Below are positions 37,191 through 50,963 of a stretch of 64,000 nucleotides of DNA, in pieces (the first letter of the stretch is position 1; every line of letters starts with the position of its first letter). Source of the stretch: Ptychomitrium polyphyllum (taxonomy: Eukaryota); contig OZ316775.1 of the NCBI GenBank assembly GCA_973851085.1, forward strand, positions 19,964,001 through 20,028,000, in the 5' to 3' direction. The notes under the pieces were generated by a model. That model saw only the letters and a program-made list of their open reading frames with translations. It ran no database searches and was not told the origin of the DNA. The position numbers and the translations under genes were made by a program.

Positions 37191-40100
37191 CACGCCGTTG
37201 CCGCCGCGGCCCAAGAAGAACGTCGAGGACACGGAGTACATTCACGTCGACATTGACGAGTCGCTCTTCAATAACTGAGTTAGTTGCCCACTTTGCCGGG
37301 GTTTGTGCATTCTCGGTGTATGGTGGTTGTTTGTTGAATTCTTAAAGTTAGCTAGCGTTTACGATTCTCTGCCATTTTTGCCCCTCGTTTGTGCTTCTGA
37401 CAAGAAAAAGGAAAGGATAGGAAAGGCAAGCCTGTCATCTCTTGGATTAGGTCTTCGTTTGCGCCATGAACCTCCAGTGTTGTACCTTGAGAGTTGGGAA
37501 AGGTAGCTGAATTCGACGCATTCTTTGCTCGCACTCCGCTCTTTGGGGTAATTCAATTCGTGCAGTTCCAATTGTTGTTTCCAATTGAATGCATTGTTTT
37601 CTGTAAGTGATATTGTTTTAACCAAGTGTCTTACTGTTGCTTCATCTCTATTGAAAAGGAGGATTATTTGAAATCGAGCGTCCTGTACGTCCATTATCGT
37701 CTCACTTATCTTCTCTAGTTCAGTGTTCGGGGTATCAAATCCTAAGTGATTTTTGGTAAAATATGGTCCAATCTAAGTAAGTAGTAGTTATATCTGATGT
37801 GAATGTTAAGTTTCCACAGATACTCTAGATTTGTCTATGGAGTGGTTAGGTTTTCTTCATCGTACGTGATTTAGAACTCTAGGATAAGATGCAGAGGATA
37901 TATACTGTATGTGGTGTGATATGTGTCCATTGTGATGCACGACATGGGATGCAGTTGTACTTTCTACCAGGTTTTGAATTGACAAAAGTAAATATCATGA
38001 TTGAATCATCATGGTTGCTAGTCTACAAGAAATTTCAGAAGTACTTATTGTAGAAGAGAGATTTAAAGTTAAATGTTTGGATGTTCCCATTGTGATGAGC
38101 ACCTTTGGGTTAGAAAGTGATTGTAAGTATGAGCTGTTCTGGCTCCATGCTCGCATAGCTGGCACCTTGAATCTATTTGCCTGAGCCGTCACTGGCTGCA
38201 CATCTCTCTGATTTGCATGTACATCAGAGATTTTCAATTGCTTGAAACTGTCTGAACAGACAGAAGATAAAGAAGCATCGCGCATGCAGTATAAAGAACA
38301 AGATCCATGGATAAACAGTCTTATCTCCAAGTTATTTTCAGCTCAAATTCTTTCTGCTTCAAGTAATGTCTGGACCTCACCTGCACTAAGGTTACTTCTT
38401 GGTCTTGCCAATAGTGAATCCTCTATGTGAAAGGTTTAACCGATATATTTTTAGTGACTTTCGAGCTGCGCAACTGAAACTGCAGCCCGCGGTTATAGGA
38501 TGGATTACGACCGTCGTGAGGTAAGCTAAGGAACCTGTAGAAACCTGTAGGAAATTAAAGTTAGACAAGTGAATTTTCAAGGAAAATTATCACAAGAAGA
38601 CATATAATTTTGAGAGGGCGAAGTCTGCTTTTCAGAGATCTGCAAAGGCTATGAAGAGCACCACCACATTCAAAAGATCCGTGCAGCATTGTAGGAAGAC
38701 GAGTCGGGTGTTATTCCTTGAGGCGAGCAAGGACTTCGTTGATACGGCTTCCTGCTTCTGTACAGCTTCCTGCTTCTGCCCGTCAGCCTTATTTTTTCAC
38801 ATGCTGTCAAATAAAGGTAGAGTCCATGCTGAGCAACCAACTTGATATGCCTTTACACATTGTTTGTCCTGCTCTAGTTAAAATTTGAACCATGTGCTAG
38901 TCCTGGTTTTTAGTCAAAAATATGCTTAGGGTATGTGCTTCGACGTTGATTGAATTGAAGACTGGGTTGTATCACGTAATGCTGCCATATTTACCTGTTC
39001 ATCTTAGTGCAAATGTGGTGATTATTTCTTTAACTTAGTGCATGATGAAATGGTATAGTGTAACATGTAGCAGGTGCTCAAGTGAAGGCTTTTGGTGGAA
39101 TCTCGAGCATATTTGAAAGCGTGGAGAAAATAGACACCTCTTGATGCCTATGGACAAGAAGAGTTTTCTGCAAACTAGACCATAATAACTCTGTTATAAT
39201 AAGATCTACCTTTGGCTTAACATATTGTTCTCTTGGCCCGTTGTGATTACTTCACAAATTGGGTTAGTTTATCCGGCATTGCCCTTGCCGTGCTCAGATT
39301 ATACAGGTGCTGGGATTGACACTGACTTCCTCCAGTTGCCTCGATGATGTTTTCATTTTACCCAAGCCTTTGTTGACAACGGTACATATCATATACATGC
39401 ACCTTAGGTTGCTCAAATTGGACTGTTGCCGCTTCTTCATTCTCATATTCTGTTCCTTTCAAGTTACGGTTATGTTTCGTCACCTAACATAACCAGGTAC
39501 GCTCCCAACTATTCCCTAACACACTTTTTACCGTTACACAGCGTCTTTATACGAATTATTTGGCATCTCCTACAGTGCAAACAGGATCCAGCTTGAATTC
39601 AATGTTGCACCACTCCTGCTGAAATTCGCACATCTGTTCAGCATTTGCGGTGTTTGTCGCAGGGATCGATAAGAACTCAACTGGGATTCAACAAACCAAA
39701 GAAACGTGTACACAGAAAATCATCTTTCTCCATCAAAACGTTATGAGCTGAAGATCCAAATGGTGATAATGAGCACGGAAACCTTTGAATTCTGGGAGTC
39801 TCTGAGATGTTCACCTCAATCTTGTCCATCCCAACGACATCAGAAATCTTCAAAGAGTGACGGATACAGTGGTTGAAATAAAAATTCAAGAACTACTGAC
39901 AAATTATTCCTATTCGGTATTCAAATCCGCAAGAGTTGGTTATCAAATTGCTGAGTTATAAATATCCCTTTTACCAGATTGTGTTCAAGTTGCAAAACGG
40001 ATTCTTTGGACTCTAAATTCATGTCGACTTTTGAACATGTAAGTTTATGAAATTCAGATGAAGATTCTGGTCGTAGGCTAACTTCATGTGAATTAGACGG

Positions 40101-41242
40101 CCTTCTCCGACATTTGAAGACCTCGTACAAAGTTAAGACATTAATTTGAAGACCTTGAAGGACGAGAGTATCGACTTCATACCGGGAACCAAGCAGTAGG
40201 ATTAGATCTATCAGAAGATGAAGGTTAAATTTTTCGCCGCAAGGAAAGCTGATTTCAGCAAGAACATCTTGGAGGCCTTACAGGAATGCTCGGATGTGGA
40301 AGATCAGGATCGACAGACGATTCTGAGTGAGCCCGATTACATCGTGTATGTCAAGAATCTACGCAGATTGTGGCATACAGGAGGCAACAGGAAGAGAAAC
40401 GTGTAAGACATCGATGAGCAGCTGTTCATGATGCGCATGTTGGAGGCGGCCGAGGCAAGGCGAGCGGAGTAGCAAATCTCGTGGGGCTCCTCGTTTTCTA
40501 AGGGTTTGTTCAGGAAATGTAAGGAAAGATCGTGTTACTAGACAATTCCATTTAATGCGATTGGCATAAGAAACTGAGTTTGCAATTCCTGTTTTCTTCA
40601 AAATGGTAGCGGCGTCAAGGTGCTCGACGCGCATAAGCGTGTAGATCGATGTAAACTTCGCAGCACAGCAGCTTAGATAGTACTGTTTTATTCTCTGTTG
40701 TTTCTTAAAATATATGAAACTCTTCATTCTACAGTTTGCAAACGTACCATTCACTAACTTATTCAAATATTAGAAGAATTGAGCTGTACCAATTTACCAT
40801 CTCATGTCGAGGATATTATAGTCTGCAATTGGAAGTGCAAGATATTGGAGTGCACGGAAGAATGTTAGGCCATAATAACTGGATTTGGAACTATCGTGCT
40901 TCTACAATTGAAAAATCTGCACAGAAGATTGAAGAGATCACCAGGTTCTCGAAGGGTGTGGTAAAATGTTTCCGATCCTGCACTGCAATGGTACTTTGTC
41001 GAGGGAGCTGACCCTTGTCGTCAAAATTTGAGACTGCTGAAATTATAGACAATCAAAAAGATAGTAGGTGCTGAATTGTGAGCGCGTATTTGCATTCAAA
41101 ATCTGCTCAATGCCTGCGATTCCATACAATCATCTCCTGAAACAACGCCATAGCCGGTCCAAAAACCTCCGAGACCCTGAACCCTAATTCATATCCTTGG
41201 GACATCAAAGGGCACAACACGGTTTACAGAGGTGGAAGCCTC

Positions 41243-41460
41243 TGCTCATCTTCCTGAGCACCAAGAGGAAAGCAAGGAGGTGCCCAGATGAGAGCACAGA
41301 GCATGCGCACCCCTTCGAAGCATAAGCGATGAAGCCAACGAGATGGCTAGATCGTTATCTCAGGGTGTGTGATGAAAGATCTGTAACGATTGAAGAAGCT
41401 GTGTTTCGTCAAGCTGCGGCATCTGAAATGTTCGTCAACTGCGAAGAATCTTTTCTGGAA
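41243..41460 (+). repeat. Diverged dispersed repeat, copy 1 (homologous to 47378-47590)
   Basis: Shares collinear blocks with copy 2: TGCTCATCTT, the identical 20-mer GAGGTGCCCAGATGAGAGCA (41277-41296), TCAAGCTGC and AACTGCGAA. Confidence 0.7.
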
Positions 41461-42773
41461 ACACCTGTGTGTCCTCCAAAGGACACTGTCAGGTGGAGAA
41501 TTCGCCATGACTCCCCTTTACGGATTTCGGCACAAAACTTCCTCCTCTGGCGTTGCAGTACTTCAAAATAAAGGTGACGATCTCCGGCAAGCAACCCGTA
41601 ACGAATGAGGAAAGTGAAGAGCTACTACCAGAGTTTCTGTTGAAGCCTCATCACCCCTAAACGTTGCAGGTACCATTTGTGCTGCTCGTACCGTGCATGA
41701 GATTCTGCCGCTTTCAAAAAGCATTGGCCACCATTACGCCTCATGATCCCATACCCAGAGTAGCCGCTTCCACAAAAGCAGCGGCCGCGATTCCGCCTCA
41801 TGGCACGCATCGTATCATCGGCTCTTGATGGGCTCTCAATCACACCTTCCGGGATCCCATCATGACAATCTCTTTTGATAATCTTCCACTTAATCAACTG
41901 GACGCTACATTAAACTGTAGTTGCTGTAATACGACTGTAGCTTGGGTATTGGCGGTGGTCGGGTGCTTTTGGCAGCGTTTGCATGTCAAGCTTAACTGGA
42001 AGGAGGAGGAAGGTGGCGCTTGATCAATTGCAATTTGCCTTCTTGGGGTTGCATTCTTGGGGTCTGGTTCAGAACCTGCCGTAATATTGTCGTGAGAAAA
42101 GAAAGTTGTAAGGAATAGAGCTTTGTGGGTGCGTGCAGTGGTGCACTAAGTGAATTGCATTATATTTCTCATGTAGTTCGTTGCACGAGTGGTGATTGGT
42201 TGCTGGGTTGACTGGGATGAGCATGTAGTTTGGACATTCTTGTGAGATTTTGTGCTCTGTTGCAAGGGTTTGCAGGTCCATGTCTGAGATGTTGATTGGT
42301 TTTGTAGGTTTGTGTCTCTCCAGGTTGGCGAGGAAGGCCCTGTGGACTCCTGGCAGCGGCGACTACGCACAGGTATAGTTCTGTTGGTTTTTCTCCTCTT
42401 GTCCTGGGTTTACAAATCCAGACGTGGGCTTTCACAGAGAAGTGGAGTTTGTTGCAAGTTTGATGTTTGAGTGGCTGGGTTGACACAAGTGTACATTCTG
42501 GAAGTTCTTACGAGTATCTCAGTTCTGTACTTGTCAGATTTGTAGGTTTGGATGTCTAAAAAATAACTCTTCATTCAACTTCATTGCTACAAATATTGCT
42601 GAGACTTTAGAGAGCAAGCTGGGGTACGTCTTGACTTCTGCAGCAAGAGGCTGCTCCTGCTTTATTCCGGAAATTTCGCCAATTTGTTGCTTCCAATTGC
42701 TGGATGGTACCTTAGAACAAGTTTTGTGACGTCACCCGGTTGAGTTTGTAGGCTCCTCAGCATATCTACAAAC

Positions 42774-45700
42774 ATGGCAATATCGGATGGTGATCTGGCA
42801 GTGGAGCTTCTGCCCAAGAAACAGACGAGTAAAAATGCGAACTATGAAACTAGGGCGGTCATGGCTGCTGTGAGGTGGGCGATATGGCTCCCCATGTGCC
42901 TCCTCTTGGGCGTGTACCTGGCATTTCTTGTAGTATGGCCGATGGCATCTTTGGACAAAATCAGGTCCATGCTGTTGTTCACGGCCGTGGAGAAATTCGG
43001 CATCGATGGTAGGGTTCTACGTTCATGCTTTACTCCTCATGCTATATTCTGAATTGCAATTCTACACATTGTGAGAAGGAGGTTATCTTCACATGGTACG
43101 GCTTAGTTGTTTGAGAAATTCTCGTTGTCGTTGATTCTGGCATCTCATTGATTTCTTTCCTTGTCTCAACATAATTGCTTGTAGGTGGAATTCTTATACT
43201 GTTTGGCGGGCCATTTTTTCTCCTTACGGTATTTGCAATAATAAGCTTGGAAGTCAATACGCGCATTGCAGCCAACAAGTAAGAATGGTTTGCTTTTTGC
43301 AGTAGAAGCCTGGAGAGTTGTGAGGAAGAATATACAAATCTTTGTAAACGGTAGAATATACATGTTCTCGTCGACGACTACAGTTAATTTTGTTTTAAAG
43401 GCTTTTGGAATCAGAAACAAAAGACACTTACAGCACAAGATCTTCATATCTGATGAATTGCAGCTAGCTAGCCTTGGAGCAGCTCATTGTGCTGGGGTTT
43501 ATTTGTTGCATACAAATGGAGAGGAGGCATATCGTCAGCATTGTGTGTTTTTAGCATACTGATTGAGAGCCTTATTAGATCGATAAATTTTCATATACAT
43601 ATGTTCATTTTAAATTCGTAGTTATGCTTTACTTTGAAGAAAACTCTATTTGTTTCTTGCATATCAGATTAATCTGTAAGGTTCTGTGAAACTATAGCTG
43701 AACACATTGTCTAAATACTAAGTTTTCGTGTATTGATCGTGGTAGTAATTCCTGCATTGTGGATGCAGAAAGAAGGTGAGAGGAAGAGCTCGGTTGCAAG
43801 AGCAACCGATGGTTACAGAAAGCTTGATGGGCATCATTTCTGTTGCAGAGCTGCTGTGGATTTTATTCTTTTTGGCTTTGTTTATCTGGATAATGGCAAA
43901 TTACATGGTTTATGACTTCAAAAGAGCAAAGGTTGAAAAGTTGGAACCGTATGAATCAGTGTAAGCAATACAACTTAATCTATACAAGGCGTTTATATAC
44001 GATTCTTTTGATAATATTCTTTTACATTTTTTTTCAAGTATCATGGCTGTATGACATATTAATGATTGGTGTTCTGTCGCAGGTGGGGAGTAAAACTCAA
44101 ACTCACTGGTTTGCGCTTAGGTTTCGTTGGCATTGTCTGTTTAAATCTCCTATTTCTTCCTGTGGCGCGCGGATCTGTTCTTCTCCGTGCCATAGATATC
44201 CCATTTGAGCATGCAACGAAATATCATGTTTGGTTGGGTCACTTCATGATGGCCGTGTTCACTCTGCATGGTTTGTTCTACATGGTTGCTTGGTACTTCG
44301 AAGGCCACCTCATTGAAAGGGTTAGTATCGATCATTTCAACTTACGTTCATTGTGGACAAATGACTTGCTTTTCGCGAGCCTTTCTATGCTTGTGTAGAT
44401 GTCAAAGTTTGTTCATGACTTACATCTAATTAACCTGTTCCGATTAGTTTCTGATGTCAGTAGTGTTGCAACAACCAATAAAAACGGGTGTAAATATCAT
44501 TTTGCAGATTCTGGAGTGGCTACCTCATGAAATTGCAAATCTTCCAGGATTGATTTCTTTACTGGCAGGCATAGCAATGTGGGTAACTTCGTTTGGGTGG
44601 GTACGAATCAAGTACTTTGAACTTTTCTTCTACACCCATCAGCTGTACATCATATTTGTATTATTCATGGCCTTCCATGTTGGAGATTTCATCTTCAACA
44701 TGTGTTTCGCTGGTCTTTTCCTCTTCACCTTCGACCGATTTTTACGTTTCTGCCAGTCACGAAGAAACACGGGCCTCCTTTCCACAAAGCTGTTGCCTTG
44801 TGGAACTTACGAATTGGTGATCGCGAAACCACAAGGTTACCGTACTAGACATTTCTCTGTTTCACTTTACGCTGTGATTTTAAAAACAACTTTGAAAAGC
44901 TACGTCAAGCTAAGCGTTTTGTTTTTATCAAACCACACCTGCATAATTGATCTATATCTTCTTTGTTTTTTTACTGAAGTATTGGAGATTGAATTATGAC
45001 TTTGATCCTCAGGTATGAAGTACCATGCATTGAGCTTCATATTTCTTAACGTTCCCGGAATTTCTGCACTTCAATGGCACCCCTTCAGTGTTTCCTCAAG
45101 TCCATATGACGGAGACGACAGATTAAAGGTGCTGATCAAGCCATATGGAGAATGGACGCATCAGCTGCAAGACGAGGTTATTGCTGCAGTAAAACCAGGG
45201 GCGTGTCCATTTGCTATCAAAGCTGCAGTAGAAGGCCCTTATGGTCATGAATCGGACTACTTTCTTCAGTTAATCTCTATTACCATTACCGATTACTTGA
45301 GAACACCAAATGTTCGCACACATACATGATAATGCATCTAAGTCCATGACTTAATGACAATTCAAATAATATGTTATCTCACATATATAATGGCAGGGGA
45401 TACTTTATTGTATTTTTGGTCTCTGTTAATAATGGTGGGGTGTTCGCTATTCTTTGCAGCTATGAGACGCTCATCCTTGTGGCAGGAGGGATTGGTGTCT
45501 CCCCATTCGTGGCCATCCTGCGTGACTTGCTTCATCGATATCAAAGAGACCAACCTAACCTTCCATCTGATGTGACTCTCATTTGGGCTGTCCAGAAGTC
45601 AGAAGAGCTTCAGTTGCTTGATCTAGTTTCTGCATCAACTATATGCCCAGATTACAACCAAAAGTTCAACCTTCGTGTCCATGCCTTTGTCACTCGGGAA

Positions 45701-46841
45701 ACAGAGCCTCGAACTCTAGAACAGGCTTCAGAAACACCCGATTCGCACATGCAGGACCACTTCAAAAAATCCTTGATACTTTCTTCTCTTACCAATGTAG
45801 AGGCTTCTAAACGGCCCTTGTCTATACTAGTGGGCACTGGCAGCAACTTCTGGATTAGTGCAGGCTTGCTTGCTTCATTGCTTGGTTACCTCTTTGCCTC
45901 GATTTTAGTCAGCCGTTACATTGTAGAGCCAAACGAGAAGAAAGGAATTGAAGCTCCTGAGTTTGGCTCTGGTGTGCCTCTATGGGCCAGGGGCTTTTTT
46001 AATTTCATGAATATGCTCTTAGGGGTAGTGGTCTTCGGAGGTGCTATTATTGCGCTATGGAGCTTCTTGGGTAGGAGAAGAAGCTCGGCAGATGACGATG
46101 AAGGGACTCGAATGCTATTGGATTCTGATGATGATGGCACAACTCTTGCAAATGAGAGTGGGGATCGGCTGGTGCACCCTTCCAACACGCAGTTTGGTCA
46201 TAGGCCCAACCTCAGAGGTAATTCAACTTTGCTCCAACTTTGGTGTTTTTTGCATTCCTCTTCGCTTCTTTTCTGTGCCTTTATTTGCCTCATTTCAGGC
46301 TGATCTCATCATCTTTATTCAGATACTACACTGAAATTGTCTAGTAGGTCATGCCTAACAATTAATGTGTGCCCATTTGATTTCTTCTAGGCGGCATATG
46401 AGCTAGTTCTATAAATTCTACTATCACTACTTTTTAATCGTCGTGGTTGCTGATGTACCAACTACGTGGAACCTCTATCTTTTTCTCTTTGGCGGCTTGT
46501 CTTCTCTGATTTTATTATCGTATCCCTTTCTTTAAGGTTTTGGTGCTTGACTGCTTTTATCAGTGGTCAAGGGAACTGTTGTAAGGTTTTTAGAGGTCTT
46601 TGGCCTTCTCATACTGTATTTCTTGGTTTTATGCTAGACTAACTTGTGAGACCTACTTGGTGCAGAGCTTTTCGAGGGTTGTGCGAAAAGACAAAGTCCT
46701 GGCACAAACGTAGGTGTGTTGATATGCGGTCCGGAAAGCCTTCAGACTAGTGTTGCAGAGACATGCCGTAGTTTCAACACAGTCGACTACAACCCTCACA
46801 AAGTTGCGTTTAGTTACCATTCCGTTAGCTTTGATCTCTAA
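42774..46841 (+). CDS. FRO: Ferric reductase oxidase (FRO6/FRO7-like), 8 exons
   Basis: Exons 42774-43008, 43185-43278, 43769-43960, 44083-44320, 44508-44835, 45013-45268, 45460-46217 and 46666-46841. Motifs LFLPVARGS, heme-ligand histidines in [12 protein letters not shown] and [16 protein letters not shown] motif [22 protein letters not shown] motif [18 protein letters not shown], and C-terminal YHSVSFDL*. Confidence 0.95.
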
Positions 46842-47377
46842 TTGATGACTCTTATAGCGTTGTGTTAGGTACTTATATTGTACACTAAATAGTGACAAAT
46901 TCTTGTAGTGAAGTTGGTGATTATTAATGATGTAACATATTCCACAGGCCTGTTAGTAGCAGACCCATCATATTTATACAGGACAGAAATTACTGTCTAC
47001 TTTATAGTTAACACATGAGATCCATCGTGTTATGGTGCTGAGACTCTATTGCTGAGAATCTTATCGGGAGAAAACTACTACGCTATTGATTATGAAATCT
47101 ACTTGTCCGATTAGTAGTCCTTAATATGATATGATAATGGGCACATTTTCATGAAGGTATAATTCCAATAAAATGTACAAAGCAGCAAATGATGACAAAT
47201 GCTAAAACCTCCTAAACCTGAATCCAAATTGCCATTCACAAGACATTAGGGAACACTGCATTAAAGGGACTGAGAGATGAAATCTTCTGCTCATCACCTT
47301 GTTTGTGGACGAAGGAGTTTTCTGATGTCCACGAACTTTTTGCTTTCCTGATCAGAGAACACAGACATAAAAGCGTA

Positions 47378-47590
47378 TGCTCATCTTGCAGGGCACCAGG
47401 AGAGGTGCCCAGATGAGAGCATTGAGCGTGTAGATACCTTTGGAGCATGCGCGATGGAGTTGTCTGGGTGAGTGGTCTGCAGGTGTTTGATGTCAGATTC
47501 TGTAATGGTTGAAGTATTTGTGCTTTATCAAGCTGCTGGTACAAAGTTTGTTAACTGCGAAAGATCATTCTTGAGGAAGCTTGTATTCTT
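47378..47590 (+). repeat. Diverged dispersed repeat, copy 2 (homologous to 41243-41460)
   Basis: Identical 20-mer GAGGTGCCCAGATGAGAGCA at 47402-47421 plus the same collinear flanking blocks, in the same orientation. Confidence 0.7.
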
Positions 47591-50500
47591 TGAAGGACGA
47601 GTTTGCGATTGGCCTTGGCTGTCATACGGAACTGGGTTTAGGGTTTTTGCTTTGATAGGCTAAATGTGATTCGTCCCTGCTGCTCGTCATGTCTGCTATG
47701 AGATGGTTTTGTGGCTCATAAGGCAGCGATTACAGCGTTGCTGAGGTGGTTCGCTAGGAGGGCTCCATGGCTCATTCCGAGTTTTTCATGCGTATGTTAT
47801 CAGAGAGATGGCTTCGAAAATTGGAACCGTTTAAAAAGTTCATCCAGCCGCCGCAGCCACTGCCAGCTGTGGATTTTGAGATAGCACGTTTGCAGCATGA
47901 AGCAAATGAGGAAGTTCTTGAAGGTACTCGTTCAGTACGTCGATCCGTTATGTTCCTCATTTCAGAAGCTTACGAGGCTATGAATTGGGAAGGATGTGCT
48001 TCAAACAATAATGAATCCTGATGTAGAACAGAACTGGTGTAAGATTGTTCGAATTCCACAACGGTATGAATTGTAAGAGAATTTATAATGTTTAGCTGTT
48101 GGACAAGTGATGTTGTAGGAGGTGATTACGAGAAGCCCATTGGCAGATTTCATGAATTTTGGTTCCTCGTTGAACTCCTCTTGCACAACTAGGCATATCC
48201 CATCGTGTTTTGAGAGGATAGTGTGGGCACAGTGAAAAGTACTAGGTTGCGCTAGCTTGCGTGAATAGATTAGATTTCCTCGGCTATAATGTGTTGCCTT
48301 GCCTTCACATGAAGCCCAACGAACTTCGATGAGTGAACTGGGAGTTGTATTCGAGGTTTGATTTGCCTAGAACGTAATGGAGTCTATTTACTGATAATCC
48401 TCCGCTCATGCAGCAGGGATTAATTTCACGGCAAAGAGAGGAAGTAGTCATTCTAGTCGGCTACACGCATTTGTGAAGGGGAATGATCTGTAGGGCTAGA
48501 TTGGTGGTGGACATATGTTAAATGCTTCGGGCATGGTTTTTGTTGGCACGAGCAGGTATAGCCGTCAATTGGAATTTAGCCAAGACGTCTAGCTTGTTGC
48601 AGGTGAAGCACACACTCGTGACAATAGTCAAGTGCTAATGTCTGTAAACGTTCGGCACCAAATTTGTGACCATTTGGTGTCAATGCAGCAGGATTTGGTA
48701 ACGATTGCACAGAGAACTACTGTTTTGTTGATGACGTACCCCCGGGAAAGAGCATCGACGAGCTTTCTAGTCCTACTACACTGTAATCTTGAGATCTTTC
48801 TTTATCTGCTGTGTATTCTTACACTAACTTTCCTGAGCCTGATATAGAAAAACGGTCGAGAAAGTCCTCTGCCGCCTATAGTTCTCTCATCCTGCGAACG
48901 AACAAATATGGCAGGTTCAAGACTCTTCACAAAAAATGCTTTCTGGAAGTGAAGTGCATACCATCGGAGTTGTAGAAGGTCTACAGCTGAAGTCAGGTAT
49001 GATCATTCATGACCTTATCTACTGTTCTGCTTTAGCCATTCTGTTTGAATTCCTTGCATGTGATGGACCTTCTGACTCTCTGTTCCCGTGCTACTCTTGC
49101 CAAATATAATGGCGAATATAATCACCTTCTGTGTGAAGCCTCAGCCGTAAGCATGATTGCACCACAAACCGTGGCTGTGGACGACAGTATTGTTGCAACC
49201 GTAATGCTTGAGCAAGCCAACAGAAGTGATTTCATTCTTTTGAAAACTGAAGGTCCACTGGGAGCAGCTAACAGGTTACCCGGTAATCAAATCATAAAAT
49301 CATACGTGGTATATTGTTCTTAAACCACCAACTGAAGAGATTACAGTTATTCCCGGTAGCGCTATCTTTAGAAATAAATCACACATTGACAGGAAACAAG
49401 ATTATATGATGAATGTAATTTTTGGATAATTTATTCTCAAATATTGGAATTCCTACCGATTTTGATGTGAAAAGCGCTTCAAGATTCCAAAGTGTGATAT
49501 AGAATAGGACCTAAATTATGATATATGTTGCAAGTTTCCACTCAAGACAATACTCTAAGTCACCACCTAGTTCACAGCATACCATTGGTTGATTTGCTTT
49601 GAATACTGTGCCTTCTGAAATTGATCGTATAGTCTTGCAAGTGGTGTTTCAAGAAAAGCCTGGAATGCAATGATGTACTTGTCACGGGGCTGGGACTTTT
49701 GACATCGTACCATATATTGACTTCAATTTTTGTACTTGATGAAAAGACGCAAGTTCAGGTAGACGACTTATTATTGAACAAGCCATGGTTACTATTCGCG
49801 GATTATCTGTCTTTTAAAACATGAACTTAATATTGTAGGTACCGATACCAGAAACGTGCGCTTCGGATGCGAATCTTCTGGAGTGTCTAGACTATCGTTT
49901 CAGTTCATTACCAAATACAAGTTCGCATTCTCATGCCTATACCACCTCCGACTATTGTGCACTATTGCACGTGGTAGGTCAGCGGGGGATTGGCACAGAG
50001 CAGGTTCTTCGCTTCTCGTGTATCCTACTGTAATAGCCACTTGCATAGGACTGCGAAAGATATGCGCCTTCCCTTTCTTTGCAAAGATTTCTAGTATATT
50101 ATAATTTTCACTTTCATCTTTTACTGTTGTGCTGCCAAATGATCATCCGTGAAAGGACAGAACAATGATGTGTCAGTGATAGTAAATGCACCCAAGTGGA
50201 CTATACGAGGGCACAAACTAATGAAGTTAATCACACTAAAAGTCTTTGCCGAAACCTGCTGGACAATAAAAAACTCGGGTGTGCCCATTTAGGGTACCTC
50301 ACCATACAGGACATCGGTTTCTGACCCATGGCAGGGATGCCCCTATCATCAGATTTGATTACTAGAATCTTATTTTGAGAAATACTTCCGAAAGTAATTA
50401 CAGACTATCCAAAATGGGACTTCATGTTTTCTATATTATTAGTTTACGGTGCTCCGGCAGATGAGTAAGGGGGTAATTATCGTTCCCTTGAGTGAACATC

Positions 50501-50963
50501 AAGTAGAGAATCTGGGAGAGATCTGGTGGTAACTTACTGTATCAACCCAGCTCGGCGAGCTCTGGAGGTTTAGCTTCGGAAGATTGAGGTTCGTTGTCTG
50601 AGGATTGAGAATGAAAGAGACCTGCGCCGGTTAGATTTTTCCTGGCAAGGTGTTTGTGGATAGCTCGCTACTTCGAGGAAGTGTGCGGCAGTGGACATTT
50701 GTTGGTTTTTCTGATTGTGGAATAGATTTGTTACTTGAAAGGGACGTTCAGACCGCACAACGCCACCTGGGAGAAGTTTGGAGGGTTTAAAATTATTCTA
50801 GCTTGTGCAAACCAAACATTTATTGCGACCTTTAGGTAGATTAAGTGACGGTTGTGGATCGGGTTCAGCCCAGGTTGCTGGTTTCAGAAGCTTTCATTAT
50901 AGGTCGCCGACAGTGCTTCCTGTCCGGGTCAACTTGTTTCGTCCTTGACACAGAAGCAGCCCG

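Noticed and set aside
37900..41200. Scattered short ORFs between the Ulp1-like and FRO genes
   Set aside because: I could not build a phase-consistent exon chain or find a family motif; at most decayed relics.
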